A stretch of 64,000 nt of DNA, from IMG/VR virus record IMGVR_UViG_3300028624_000004, positions 113,541 to 177,540 of that record; one strand, written 5' to 3'. Made by a program: the position numbers and the translations under genes. Positions 45,298 to 55,701 of the stretch are shown piece after piece. The stretch is from a virus. Its lineage: Duplodnaviria > Caudoviricetes. Every line of letters begins with the position of its first letter. Positions within the stretch are counted from its first letter, which is position 1. The notes under the pieces are model-generated. The model saw nothing but the letters and a program-made list of their open reading frames with translations, was not told the DNA's origin and did no database searches.

Positions 45298-45633
45298 TTA
45301 CTCCTTAAATCCAAATGTATATTCAGTGCAGACAGGACCGCAGCACATACCATGCTCAACGATGCTGTCAAGTTCAATGTCGAACTTCTTGCAGAAGTTC
45401 TTGAGCTTGCGTTCGGTGATGGTATCACATAGGTCATTGCCAATGCTCTTGTCAAGTGCCTTGTCCATCTCGTCGGTGAAGTTGAAGCGATTGACCATAC
45501 CATCAGTTACGACGAATGCAACATGCTTGCAATGGGTGTCGGGGTCGGTTCCAATCTTTTGATCGCAGAAAGGACAGACGATATGCTCGAAATCGTCTTC
45601 GGGGATGCTGGAGTTTCCGTGATGGGCGCACAT
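45298..45633 (-). CDS. Cys/His-rich hypothetical protein
   Basis: CPFC...CKH; promoter upstream. Confidence 0.65.
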   Translation of the reverse strand: MCAHHGNSSIPEDDFEHIVCPFCDQKIGTDPDTHCKHVAFVVTDGMVNRFNFTDEMDKALDKSIGNDLCDTITERKLKNFCKKFDIELDSIVEHGMCCGPVCTEYTFGFKE

Positions 45634-45711
45634 AGTATTTGTTTCCTTACCTTTATGGTAGCAGCTTTTGAGCGCCTCGCAAGCGACAATACAAGATGCT
45701 TGGGGAGTGTA

Positions 45712-46242
45712 TCACACAACTCCGTCGTTCTTGTCATTGACTACTTCAAGATTATGCTTGACAACATAATCACGATACTCGGACCACCACTCGGGTTGCT
45801 TAATTTTCCATTTTGCGAAACGATATTTAGATCCGGCGTAAAATAATTTATAGGAATGTACTGGATCGTCGGTCATAAATTGAGGAAACATAGCAAGTTT
45901 AAATTTCGTCAATGGTTTATTTGGAAATATATCTATATATTTTTTTGAATGGTTTACTATATTCATACTTTTATGCGGCTTACCTTGTCTAATAATATTT
46001 TCTTGTCCCAACTGATCGCACATATCCATAAGCCACTTGACATTTTCTCTACTTTCCATAAGCCACAGATTACAGGGGTGCTTAGGGTTAAATTTCTTGT
46101 AAAGAATATCATCATCATCAACCCCTAAGTGACGAATACATGTTGAAAGCATCTGTGCTGATTCCAAAATCATTTTTAAATGTTTGTCACAATGAAACTT
46201 AGCAGATTTTACTGGATTGTGGTCAAGAACGAAGATATTCAA
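45712..46242 (-). CDS. Pyrimidine-dimer DNA glycosylase/endonuclease V-like protein
   Basis: MNIFVLD.NP..SA..HCDKH.KMILESAQML, HPC..W, DPVHSYK.FY. Confidence 0.82.
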   Translation of the reverse strand: MNIFVLDHNPVKSAKFHCDKHLKMILESAQMLSTCIRHLGVDDDDILYKKFNPKHPCNLWLMESRENVKWLMDMCDQLGQENIIRQGKPHKSMNIVNHSKKYIDIFPNKPLTKFKLAMFPQFMTDDPVHSYKLFYAGSKYRFAKWKIKQPEWWSEYRDYVVKHNLEVVNDKNDGVV

Positions 46243-47228
46243 TGTTTATACCTTTCAAGTTTTTCTTTGGCTCTTTCATCTATTGTTATTTTGCCACTTT
46301 TGATAAGAAAGTCAATGGTTTCTTTTTTAAGGTAAGGTATGTCGCGTTCTGTAAAAACCTTAAAGTTTTGAAATGCTTTATTAGCAGATTCTAACTTTAA
46401 TTTGTTGTTATTATAGCTTAATAATGAATATGGCTTTATTTCGACAACAGTTTCAGTCTCCGCAACAAAAAAATCTGGATAATAACTTTTTTCTTTACCA
46501 TTAAGGTAATAAATTACCTTATACTCATTATTCTCTGCTGATAATAATGTATAGTTTTTTTCTTTATATAAGTGTATAAATGATAGTTCGAGGGAACTCC
46601 TAAAATACAAATCACCATAATATCCAGATATTCCCCCTGAATTTTTTGGTATTCTTCCTCCATTATTTAGGTATTTTTTAAATGGATTATTTTCCCCTGA
46701 GTTCATAATGGAGATTTTTAATTTCGTTTCATCTGAATGCTTTGTTGTTCCATTAGCAATTTTTGTTTCTATGATTTTTCTTTGATGCTCGGGAGTTCTT
46801 GGTGATGGTTTGCCTTTAAAACGTTCTGATGTCTTTTTTCTCCCTTCGTGTGTTTCTCCATAATTTGATACTCCGTATTTTTGTACGAAAGTTTTTTTTC
46901 TATTTTCTTCTTTTGCTATTTGATCTGTATTCGAAACTCTTTTTAAAACTATATCTTTAGATTGTTTTTTACCTTTCCAAAAATTACCAAATCCTCCATG
47001 AATTTTCTTGTATTCGGCATCGCATTTCTTACAACATGATTTTAAATAGCCTACTCCAAAATTTCTATAATTTGTTTGATTTCCACAATTCAAGCATATA
47101 CCGTCCTTTTCGGATTTAATAAATTTATCATAATATTGTTTTGTGTCCAATTTGTGAATAATGTTTATGTGAGTAGCAAGCGCCTTTTTATTTTTAAATT
47201 GTTTCGAACATATAAGACATTCAACCAT
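46239..47228 (-). CDS. Homing endonuclease-like protein (C2H2 finger, NUMOD3, TnsA-like nuclease)
   Basis: CLIC...HI..IH; FRSSLE; YYPDFFV...VEIKP; TATAAATA 47245-47252. Confidence 0.78.
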   Translation of the reverse strand: MVECLICSKQFKNKKALATHINIIHKLDTKQYYDKFIKSEKDGICLNCGNQTNYRNFGVGYLKSCCKKCDAEYKKIHGGFGNFWKGKKQSKDIVLKRVSNTDQIAKEENRKKTFVQKYGVSNYGETHEGRKKTSERFKGKPSPRTPEHQRKIIETKIANGTTKHSDETKLKISIMNSGENNPFKKYLNNGGRIPKNSGGISGYYGDLYFRSSLELSFIHLYKEKNYTLLSAENNEYKVIYYLNGKEKSYYPDFFVAETETVVEIKPYSLLSYNNNKLKLESANKAFQNFKVFTERDIPYLKKETIDFLIKSGKITIDERAKEKLERYKH

Positions 47229-47348
47229 ATAACCTCCACATATGTATTTATACGGAAGTTTATAGAAGCATTCTAACAATATGTCTATCAATAGCCATGG
47301 AAGCGGCTATAACAGGATCATTATGAAGGCGGAAGATGTTCATATATG

Positions 47349-48428
47349 TTATGCTAAGTCGAAATCGTCATCGGATATGGGTTTATTATTGTATCCCTTT
47401 ACCACATTGCAAGGGAAAAATGCTGTCGGCTGATTTTTAATCAAGAAAGGCACGTTGTCATCTTCTTTTTTGTATCTTTCTTCAATTTCCCTTACCGACT
47501 CGTCGCTTAGATCGCTTTCAAGTATATCTTTTACCATGACACCAGAAAACCCCGTACACTTGGGAAACACTGCACCCCCTTCAACAGCAACACTGGGAAC
47601 ATACATGTTAGCATGTTGCAACTCTTCGAGCCACTCTATAATTGCCTCTGGATTATATGGTTGCTCAAGTAAAGAATCTTTTTCTTTATTACTTTCAGAC
47701 GGGTATCTAATATGATTGTAAAGATGCTGGGCGACCTCTTCATTCATAACAGAGCCAGCAGCATGTACAAAGTCACCGAAAGTTTTAAACTTTTTCGTTC
47801 CAAACACTAAAGCCATTTTCATTTCTTCTGCCATAGTCATGGTAAACCCTCTGGCTTTATATTTCTGGGCGCGAAATATAGAAGAAACAACATTATTGGC
47901 ATTTACATTGAATACCAATTCTCTTCTTGCGATATCCTTGAAGAAAGTCTTGTCAAATACAAACTCTCCCTTCTTGAATAGATATGCTCCCATGCATATT
48001 GTAAAATCAAATCCCATGAAGACTTCTTCGGGAGTTCCTACTACGAATCTCGGATCAACCAACTGAATGGCTATCTTCTCATCCTTCCACTTGACATCAT
48101 AGGTCGGACCATATTTTTCTTGCTTGATCTTGGCTATTTCACCGCGCTTCGAAGTTCGTGAATATGTCGTTGCTCTTTCGGTAACACATAATTCTTTTGT
48201 AGAAGCATCGTCATACTTTATAAGAACAGAAAAGTACCGCTTGGCTTTTTCGAAGCTTTCTTTGTCTCGAAAGAATATATCAAAGTCATTGATAGGCTGA
48301 TTAGAAAATATAGAAGTAATAGATCCACCAGCCAAGAAAGCATCAAGTTTCGCAAACAGGCGACAAAGTTTCGCTCCTATTCTCTCTTCAATAAAATGAT
48401 ACTCTTTTTGCGTATATACCAATGACAT
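47349..48428 (-). CDS. Nucleotidyltransferase (poly(A) polymerase/CCA head-domain-like)
   Basis: FLAGGSI...NDFDIFF; FDFTIC; RAQKYKARGF. Confidence 0.8.
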   Translation of the reverse strand: MSLVYTQKEYHFIEERIGAKLCRLFAKLDAFLAGGSITSIFSNQPINDFDIFFRDKESFEKAKRYFSVLIKYDDASTKELCVTERATTYSRTSKRGEIAKIKQEKYGPTYDVKWKDEKIAIQLVDPRFVVGTPEEVFMGFDFTICMGAYLFKKGEFVFDKTFFKDIARRELVFNVNANNVVSSIFRAQKYKARGFTMTMAEEMKMALVFGTKKFKTFGDFVHAAGSVMNEEVAQHLYNHIRYPSESNKEKDSLLEQPYNPEAIIEWLEELQHANMYVPSVAVEGGAVFPKCTGFSGVMVKDILESDLSDESVREIEERYKKEDDNVPFLIKNQPTAFFPCNVVKGYNNKPISDDDFDLA

Positions 48429-48456
48429 GGGGAGGCTCCTTCCCCCACATCTTACA

Positions 48457-48849
48457 CTATGCAGAAAGTTTTTCAAGACTCTTGTCGCACTTTAGCTCGA
48501 CAAGAAACTCGTCAACCAAATCTTCGCACTCGCTTGACACAGTTGCTTTATGCGTATTGGTATACTTGATGAAGTTGCGTAAGTATTTCTTACCAACCAA
48601 TTCAAGTTCTTTTTGCGATGGCTCCCATTCTCCATCTTGATCGACTATTGATTTATACTTATGCAGTGCTGTAGCCAACTGGTATATAGTGTCAAGTGAT
48701 TCTTTTATTACTTCTTGGTATCTACTCTCTTTATCTTCCTGGGTTTCGTTTATATTATCCAATAAGAGTTCAGTTTCCTCAAGTTTTTTTACTAAGGTTT
48801 CATTTTGCTTTTCGAGGTCGTGCTCGTAAAGCGTTGACGTGGATTCCAT
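48457..48849 (-). CDS. Coiled-coil-leader family protein
   Basis: LYEHDLEKQNETLVKKLEE. Confidence 0.7.
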   Translation of the reverse strand: MESTSTLYEHDLEKQNETLVKKLEETELLLDNINETQEDKESRYQEVIKESLDTIYQLATALHKYKSIVDQDGEWEPSQKELELVGKKYLRNFIKYTNTHKATVSSECEDLVDEFLVELKCDKSLEKLSA

Positions 48850-48980
48850 GGTGGATTCCTCCTTATTTTTCAGTTGTTAAAAGAACACCTACATAAGTAT
48901 TTATCATGAAAAACAAACACCGAAAGACGAATCTTCCGGTGTTTGAACTTGCATATAAGCTTCCGACCTGCTGCAAGTTT

Positions 48981-50432
48981 TTATGCGTCTGTTCCTGTTA
49001 TTCTACTTATATCTGTCTTTATATTATACACTGCTTTATACACCAATACCCAACTTGCTTCGAATTTTTCAAAGGCATCAAATAACCCTGCTTCTATTTC
49101 TCTACGTCTTGCATTTTTCATGGCAATTATATTATCAGGAGATAAATCTTCTATTATTTCCATCGCTTCTTTTTTCCAGCGACTTGCTATTTTGACAACA
49201 TGCTTAAGCATTATTTCCGGAACGGGTCTTTCTTTACCTACAAGCGAATCCAAGCAACTCGAAAGAGCCTTGAAGTAAAGAGCCTTGGTTTCCATATGTG
49301 AACGCATAGCGGCTTCAAATGCAACATCTGCGTCATCTGCATATCTTACGGTGCTTTTCCAGTTATCATCTACATCTCCCATTATTCTTGATACCATATC
49401 ATCAACTATTATAGTAACTTCATCTGCGAGTGACGCTGGTGATAAATCAAATTTCTTGACCGATTCATTCAACCCAGATTCAAGCTTCTTATAAAAAGAA
49501 ATAACATCATGCTTAATACGATTTTTACGATTTACCATCTCGTCGGCTATACCTTCAATGTCACGATCAATTTCTTCTGGCGTCAGTCCTTTCCAATATG
49601 TTTTATTTCCTGGCTTTCCAACTGGCTGTGACTTCATGGCTATAAGATACTTGGTCTTGAATGCTTCCAAGTAATCCGTCATCCACTCTCTCCAAGTTTC
49701 GTCGGGTATCTTCTCCACTTTGTCAAGTATATCTTTTACATTGCTGAAAGGTGCCTTTATCTTTCCTTCCTTTACACGAATGAAGAACTCGTTGTAATAC
49801 GACTTGGCACCAACAGGCGTCTTGGTTCTCTCCAGCGTATCCGGATCCTTGGGGAAGGTAGCGTTGAGTATCTTTGACAGATACCGCATTGCCTGTCCAC
49901 GGTCGATTCCAATGAGCTTTCCACCTACCCTGAGTGTCGTTTCTGCATGAGTGTCCATATTGGATACGAGGTAATCAAACACATGAAGGCGCTGGATTGT
50001 CCGTATATCTTCTGGCGTTAGCTTGTCGGTGTAGTTATCACCAAACTTGTTTTCCTCTGCGTTATCAAGAAACGGCATAACGATACCCAATGTTCCTTGC
50101 TCCACACCATCTACATCATCGAACGGAAATGGCAACTTGGTTACGGGAATATGCTCACCGGGTTCAAGAACGGCTGAAGCTGCTTTCGAGGCGAAGTATT
50201 CTGCGTTAGGCTGGGTGAACTCTTTGTCTCTTGACTTGGCAGCCCGGGGCTTTCCGGTTATCTTGGATACCATGCCTATCTTACGCTTTCCTGACTTCCA
50301 GAGATACTTCTTGCCATTCTTCTTCGACTTGAAGAAATGCTTATCATACGAGCCAGCGAGAGGCGCAGGACCAACATACTCGAAGCCAGCAGATACTATA
50401 TCATCAAGAGGTTCAGTCCACCATTCGTTCAT
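48981..50432 (-). CDS. HipA/PI3K-like kinase domain protein
   Basis: KYLWK, AEYFASK, FDYLVSNMDTH, LIGIDRGQA. Confidence 0.72.
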   Translation of the reverse strand: MNEWWTEPLDDIVSAGFEYVGPAPLAGSYDKHFFKSKKNGKKYLWKSGKRKIGMVSKITGKPRAAKSRDKEFTQPNAEYFASKAASAVLEPGEHIPVTKLPFPFDDVDGVEQGTLGIVMPFLDNAEENKFGDNYTDKLTPEDIRTIQRLHVFDYLVSNMDTHAETTLRVGGKLIGIDRGQAMRYLSKILNATFPKDPDTLERTKTPVGAKSYYNEFFIRVKEGKIKAPFSNVKDILDKVEKIPDETWREWMTDYLEAFKTKYLIAMKSQPVGKPGNKTYWKGLTPEEIDRDIEGIADEMVNRKNRIKHDVISFYKKLESGLNESVKKFDLSPASLADEVTIIVDDMVSRIMGDVDDNWKSTVRYADDADVAFEAAMRSHMETKALYFKALSSCLDSLVGKERPVPEIMLKHVVKIASRWKKEAMEIIEDLSPDNIIAMKNARRREIEAGLFDAFEKFEASWVLVYKAVYNIKTDISRITGTDA

Positions 50433-51598
50433 TTTGGGTTTACTCCTGCGTCTTTGAAGTCATCGGTCCCATCATATAGCTTCACAACATTCTTGATGAT
50501 ACTCTTGTTTACTATAGCTCCACTTGCCATGTCAATAGACGAATACCACCCAAGTGACGATTTACTAGGTCTAAATCCTTTATCATATGGATTAAATTCT
50601 ATAGCACCAACTCCATTTTCATAAAGCAACTTCCAGTTTATGGCAGAGTCTTTTGGTCTTTCCGGATCAATGATATATTTTCTTTCAAACATCTGAACCA
50701 GCTTTGGTGTCTTTATTGTAAGAGGTTCTTTAGCGAATTCAATAGCATAGTTACATACTTTAAGGCGATCTGTCATGTTTCTCTGGATCCAATCCAACCA
50801 AGCAGTTCCTATACTATACCACTGATGAAATCCCTCAGATATGTCTTTAATGTTATTGGAAGTCAAGTTTGTGCGATTTGTATTGATCAAACGGACGGAA
50901 TTTATGTCCAGACCCATCCTGCGAACGGCAGTATTGATTCCTGAGAATTGGCTCATGTAGAGCGATTCCCATGGGCTATCACCATCTTCATCGTCGTTCC
51001 AGCTTTCACCCATGGTCTTGGCTTTATATGCCTTGACGCCTGGGATACTCTTGGCTAATTGTACATTCGAGTCATCGTCATCGAAGAACTTGACCTTGCC
51101 CATGTGCTTGGCACGAACCTTCTGAAGTATTTCTTTTTTCACTTCTGCGATTGACTTGCCACTCTTGGTGCCTTCGGAAGCTGATAAGTAGCCAGCAATA
51201 TTATTGACACCATGCTTAGCCAGAGTAGATAATACAGCATCCTTTACTTTGGCTGATCGGGCGGTTAGGAGGTAAATCTTGGAGTTGCTTCTTCCCTGCT
51301 CTATAGCATCGTTGATTTGCTTGATGACTTTGAGTAGATAGGTCGGCTTGGCAGTAGCCATGAATAGATCAGGATCGTCAAACTGAGAGAAGTCAAACGA
51401 CTCACCATTTTGCTTCTGATAAGTATTGAACTCTTCAGGGGTTAGTTTCTTGACTGGCTTTCCATTATGAAGAACGATAATCTTGGCATCGGTATTGAAG
51501 AGGGTATTATCAAGATCAAACAAATACGCCGAATCCTTGAAAGATTCTATCAAAAGATTCCTTTTAAGCGACTCACGGATACTCTGAATGTCACCCAT
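50429..51598 (-). CDS. HAD-family phosphatase fused to second domain
   Basis: YLFDLDNTLF, LLTARS, K, FFDDDDSN; TATAAATA 51615-51622. Confidence 0.8.
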   Translation of the reverse strand: MGDIQSIRESLKRNLLIESFKDSAYLFDLDNTLFNTDAKIIVLHNGKPVKKLTPEEFNTYQKQNGESFDFSQFDDPDLFMATAKPTYLLKVIKQINDAIEQGRSNSKIYLLTARSAKVKDAVLSTLAKHGVNNIAGYLSASEGTKSGKSIAEVKKEILQKVRAKHMGKVKFFDDDDSNVQLAKSIPGVKAYKAKTMGESWNDDEDGDSPWESLYMSQFSGINTAVRRMGLDINSVRLINTNRTNLTSNNIKDISEGFHQWYSIGTAWLDWIQRNMTDRLKVCNYAIEFAKEPLTIKTPKLVQMFERKYIIDPERPKDSAINWKLLYENGVGAIEFNPYDKGFRPSKSSLGWYSSIDMASGAIVNKSIIKNVVKLYDGTDDFKDAGVNPK

Positions 51599-51629
51599 GT
51601 GATACCTCAATCGTTATTTATAGTTAAAC

Positions 51630-51660
51630 AAAAAGAAACTCCGGACTTAGCCCGGAGTTC
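51630..51660 (-). terminator. Rho-independent terminator
   Basis: aactccgg-N7-ccggagtt followed by T-run on minus strand. Confidence 0.7.
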
Positions 51661-51735
51661 CCAAACCCAAAATGGGTTTCCATTTACATCTCCACAACTA
51701 CTCTCTCCACTACCTACTACGCCACACCAATCCGA

Positions 51736-52332
51736 TCACCGCTCCTTCGACTTCTCTTCCAACATCTCCTTTGCCTTCTCCAGCGTAATCTCGTTGGTGA
51801 TGTAGTTCACGAACTTCTCGAATGCCACACCCTGAGTACGATGGTAGAGCCACACCTTCTTCGACTTCTCGAACAAGTTCTTTCCTTCGGGGGAGTTAAG
51901 ATCAAACCTCTCCTGCCAGTTGAAGTTGCTTTCACCCTGGTTCTGCTCAATCTCGACATCGACATACTGGCGATCAATGTCGTGAACGATACGAAGCGAA
52001 TAGACCTTGTGGGTCAGGTCGTAGTCATAGGGGTGGTCGGGGGTCCAGAGGTCAGGCGAATCAAGCAGCTTGATTGCGTTCTCATAGAGCCGAGCAGCGA
52101 CGGTCTGAGTGGCAGACAACTGTCCTTCGAAGCCCTTCTTGGCACGAGCGACGAGTTCAGTAGCAGAGTACTGAGCCTTGTCAATCTTGAGGCACTTCTC
52201 AAGCGCAGTACATCTGTTCATCCAAACGTGGTTGTCTTCCTTGAGACGATCATTTTCGGCTTCAAGATCCTTGACATACTGTGGGTCAAGGTGGTTAGTT
52301 GCGGGTTTAGCTCCCGTGGTTGCTTTCAACAT
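51736..52332 (-). CDS. Coiled-coil-leader family protein
   Basis: QYVKDLEAENDRLKE; own promoter and AAGGAG RBS. Confidence 0.75.
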   Translation of the reverse strand: MLKATTGAKPATNHLDPQYVKDLEAENDRLKEDNHVWMNRCTALEKCLKIDKAQYSATELVARAKKGFEGQLSATQTVAARLYENAIKLLDSPDLWTPDHPYDYDLTHKVYSLRIVHDIDRQYVDVEIEQNQGESNFNWQERFDLNSPEGKNLFEKSKKVWLYHRTQGVAFEKFVNYITNEITLEKAKEMLEEKSKER

Positions 52333-52384
52333 TATTGTATCTCCTTGGGTCTTATTCTAACGAGGGTTCTTGGGAACGCAAGAG

Positions 52385-52858
52385 TTATTTGTAAGCACCT
52401 TTTATAGTGTGATGCTTCTCTGCGTCAACTATCACACACATGTCTGGATTACCATTGAAAAATCCACGAATGAATGTCTCTGCGTCACTTAATGAAAAAA
52501 AACATGGGGTTCTGGTTACTTCGCTACTAAGTGGATGCCAGAAATCATTGAAAGCATTACCAGTCAGTTCAATACGGAAGCCATGTTCGGGGTATCTATA
52601 CATTCCATATTTGAGCGTGTGGTCGGTTGAATTGAATACTTCAGTCACGGTGAATCTTTTTACTCCACCAAGATAATAATGCCATACATTAGTATCTTTC
52701 CCTTCTAGTCGGGATGTGAAGTAATATCTGATAAGCTTACATCTCATAGAATCTACAAGCATCCTTAGACGCTCGTTATCAGCTTCAAGATCCTTGAGAC
52801 GCCTTAGAATTTCGGCGGTACTATTATTGACTTTTTTGGTAGATGGTCTAGTACCCAT
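52385..52858 (-). CDS. Coiled-coil-leader family protein
   Basis: RLKDLEADNERLR. Confidence 0.7.
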   Translation of the reverse strand: MGTRPSTKKVNNSTAEILRRLKDLEADNERLRMLVDSMRCKLIRYYFTSRLEGKDTNVWHYYLGGVKRFTVTEVFNSTDHTLKYGMYRYPEHGFRIELTGNAFNDFWHPLSSEVTRTPCFFSLSDAETFIRGFFNGNPDMCVIVDAEKHHTIKGAYK

Positions 52859-53226
52859 AGGAACTCTTGTTCATTGATTATCTCAGTTCCTACTCGTTTT
52901 GCAAACTTATTCTTTTCTGTATCTGTGTTCTTGTCGTTGGTAACGAGAAACGATACACCATGCGACATCGTAGAACATGGTTGTCCACCAGCAGCACGAA
53001 CAAGATCATATGCCTTATCTCGCGTCATTGTTTTCAGTGGTCCCGTAAAACAAAAGCTATTTCCCCTGAATTTTACATATCTCTTCAAGAAGCTAATTTC
53101 GTCACCAAGCTTAGCTATGTGTTCCTCGTATTGCTCGCAACGCCTCTCTAGTTCTTTTGCATAGCTTTCTTCATTTTCTTCTTGTCTCGCTTGTCCTGCT
53201 TCTTGGGATCTGTCTTTTGCTCGCAT
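52804..53226 (-). CDS. BRCT-domain protein with coiled-coil leader
   Basis: SYAKELE...; GNSFCFTGPL..MTR..A..LV...GG...VSFLVT...K...A...G..IINEQEF. Confidence 0.82.
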   Translation of the reverse strand: MRAKDRSQEAGQARQEENEESYAKELERRCEQYEEHIAKLGDEISFLKRYVKFRGNSFCFTGPLKTMTRDKAYDLVRAAGGQPCSTMSHGVSFLVTNDKNTDTEKNKFAKRVGTEIINEQEFLWVLDHLPKKSIIVPPKF

Positions 53227-53390
53227 GTCTGCTCCCCACATATTTCTTTTTGTCTTTTATCTATATGAATAGCTAATGAAGTTAGTAAAAAAAGCTTATC
53301 AATGTCGGCTGATGCGTGGCTCAAACCAGCGTCTATGAATTCACATAATGACTTTGATATTATAGATGCGTTTTTACGATTGTCGTTCAT
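53148..53390 (-). CDS. Hypothetical protein
   Basis: ATG 8 nt after TATAAT. Confidence 0.5.
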   Translation of the reverse strand: MNDNRKNASIISKSLCEFIDAGLSHASADIDKLFLLTSLAIHIDKRQKEICGEQTCEQKTDPKKQDKRDKKKMKKAMQKN

Positions 53391-53416
53391 ATGCTGGTAT
53401 TATATCATGATATGAT

Positions 53417-53450
53417 AAAAAAGAAAGCCCCATATTTCTATGGGGCTTCT
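53417..53450. terminator. Rho-independent terminator
   Basis: aagcccca-N-tggggctt with flanking A/T runs. Confidence 0.7.
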
Positions 53451-53479
53451 TCTAAACTCCTAGTTTTTTTCTCTTTTGG

Positions 53480-53836
53480 TTATTCTTCTTTATCTACTGG
53501 TAATCCTAAAGTTTTTTGTGCGAAGACCTTTGGGTTGATATCAAGTGCCTTGAGCAACTCTCCGACCACATATACATCAGGGTCGTCCGAAAGAAGCTCC
53601 TTGAAGCACTGCTTGAACTCCTTTACAGAGTCATGGTCAAACTTTTTACGCTTCTTGGTTTCTTCGTTGATATAGTATTCCGACAAACTTTTATCTACAT
53701 AGCCGTTATCATAAATGTCAAGTACTACCTTAGCAATCTGCTTTGGCTTCATTACCTTATCATCTTCGTTTGGGGTGCGCTTTGGCATCGTAATCTCCTT
53801 GTGAGATTTATTATACCCACTCCTAAAATAAATCAA
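53480..53836 (-). CDS. Hypothetical protein (likely start MPKR at 53788)
   Basis: AAGGAG before MPKR. Confidence 0.6.
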   Translation of the reverse strand: MIYFRSGYNKSHKEITMPKRTPNEDDKVMKPKQIAKVVLDIYDNGYVDKSLSEYYINEETKKRKKFDHDSVKEFKQCFKELLSDDPDVYVVGELLKALDINPKVFAQKTLGLPVDKEE

Positions 53837-54903
53837 TACAGGGTAGGTAGAATAAACTCATTATTGAGATTAACATCTACATCTAACCCAAACAAGGTCA
53901 TAAACTTAGTGAAACTTTCGCGAAGAGTGACGATGATAAAGTTTACTAGCTTTTCAATATATTTTTTGACTGCATTATATCCTTTACCGATGTAGTTTCC
54001 AATGTCGGACATTACACCTTCAAGATACATCGACTCAGAGGTTACATCGGCACTTGCGTTCTTTTGTTTTACATCGAATCTTATTTTCCCTGATGGTTGT
54101 ACCATGAATGACGGCTGAATGATAGAAGTCATTTTGTTTATCCATGCATCGTTAGAAACGGGAGTCATGTAAGTGGCATCGGAAATAAAGTCTGGATTAC
54201 GAAGTGCTTTCTCAGAAGACATCTTTTGCTGAGTATACTTTATAACCAACATAGTATTGCATGCTGCTAGACTGTCACCAAATTTGAATGTGCCAGTAAC
54301 ACCATTTTTTATAAATGCTTTCTTCAGGGCTATATTATCAAAAGTTGACGTAAACTCCTTTGCTATTGCATCTTGGAGAACTCTTGATTTGTCTGCTTTT
54401 GATAGTCCCTTTTCATATTCCAGTATTCCCGACACTGCCTTTGTAACTCTTGAAGTTATCTCATCTTTTAGTTCTTTGGCGTTGTCTATGATGCTATGGA
54501 AGCAAATAGATGTATCAATCATTTGGTGTGCAAACAACCAACCAGCGTTACACTTCAGTGATATTCTCTGGGTGGAAGTATATAAGTCTGTCTTGGGTGT
54601 TCGGTTGGCTGAGATTGGATTATAGTCAGGAAATAGTTGACGCATTTTCTCTATGTAGCTCGAAGATAGCTCTCCTTTTATTTTTGCTGATCCATAGTGC
54701 TTGGCGTCATCGCCAATATTCATTCCTTTACTTTTCAATATGTCAATGACTTTCTTTCCAGTTGGAAGAAGACTTCTGTATTTTGGTGTTCTTCCGTTTA
54801 TAACGTCAACTAACACTTCTTCTATTTGTAATGTTATGTTTCTATCTGAATACCCATGGGAGTCTTCACACATAAAAAAGTTTGAGAAAGCCACTGTTGT
54901 CAT
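53833..54903 (-). CDS. Late protein with restriction-endonuclease-like TPKTD...ISLK motif
   Basis: RTPKTDLY...RISLK. Confidence 0.6.
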   Translation of the reverse strand: MTTVAFSNFFMCEDSHGYSDRNITLQIEEVLVDVINGRTPKYRSLLPTGKKVIDILKSKGMNIGDDAKHYGSAKIKGELSSSYIEKMRQLFPDYNPISANRTPKTDLYTSTQRISLKCNAGWLFAHQMIDTSICFHSIIDNAKELKDEITSRVTKAVSGILEYEKGLSKADKSRVLQDAIAKEFTSTFDNIALKKAFIKNGVTGTFKFGDSLAACNTMLVIKYTQQKMSSEKALRNPDFISDATYMTPVSNDAWINKMTSIIQPSFMVQPSGKIRFDVKQKNASADVTSESMYLEGVMSDIGNYIGKGYNAVKKYIEKLVNFIIVTLRESFTKFMTLFGLDVDVNLNNEFILPTLY

Positions 54904-54905
54904 AT

Positions 54906-55700
54906 TTACACCTTTGTATTGGGGTAGTCCGATTGAAAGCCCTGGTTATATCCACCAGTAGCTCCATAACCTTTTTGATTGATAAACTCATCAAGTTCCT
55001 GTCCTTCTTCATTGAAGAACTTATCCGTGAAATCTACGAAGTCTCTTCCAAGCTTTCCTGGGTTGATAAAGTGAAAACCAAGATTTTTTGCAAACTGCTC
55101 GTCAGCGCCATCGTAGCTATCACCAATCATATAACACTTTTCCCAATCTGGCTTTCCGTATTTCTCAATGATAGCCAATCCCATCGCTGGGCTTGGCTTG
55201 GCTGCTTTACCAGCTTCTTTTGTTTCTTTACCTAAACCATTCTTGACTAATGAAACATTACCACCATCTGTAACAAATATAGAAGCATCCGAGCAGAAGT
55301 AAACAGGGAAGTCAACTCCAAGCTTCTTCACTGTCTCGTCCATGACCTTTCCACATCCTATAGCAGCATCGTCTAGTGTAGCCTGATCGGTCATGAAATC
55401 TGGAACATATTGACGTCTACGAAGCGGTCCCTTCTGATTAGATGTTCCACATACCGTCCAACCAGCATCCATCCAAGTCCGAATCGCTTGACCCATTCCT
55501 GGGAATACATTGACTTCTTCTTTTGTCAATGGCGGTCTTCCATCACCATCGGGCAAGTGTATAGCATGTCTAACAGTGTCATCAAAGTCTAAAAACAAAT
55601 ACTTTATGCCCTTGTTTTCGAAGGTTGAGCTAAAAGCATTCAACGAATCACTTTCAATAAGAAACTTGCTACTCCAGTTTTTCATGGGATATCTCCACAC
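54906..55700 (-). CDS. HAD-IIIA phosphatase (polynucleotide 3'-phosphatase/GmhB-like)
   Basis: LFLDFDDTV, TSNQKG, KPSPAM, MIGDS...DEQFA. Confidence 0.85.
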   Translation of the reverse strand: MWRYPMKNWSSKFLIESDSLNAFSSTFENKGIKYLFLDFDDTVRHAIHLPDGDGRPPLTKEEVNVFPGMGQAIRTWMDAGWTVCGTSNQKGPLRRRQYVPDFMTDQATLDDAAIGCGKVMDETVKKLGVDFPVYFCSDASIFVTDGGNVSLVKNGLGKETKEAGKAAKPSPAMGLAIIEKYGKPDWEKCYMIGDSYDGADEQFAKNLGFHFINPGKLGRDFVDFTDKFFNEEGQELDEFINQKGYGATGGYNQGFQSDYPNTKV

Positions 55701-55701
55701 C

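Noticed and set aside
51660-51735. G/T-skewed intergenic tract as tRNA or Y RNA
   Set aside because: No cloverleaf, T-loop or Ro-binding helix; looks like a 3' UTR before a terminator
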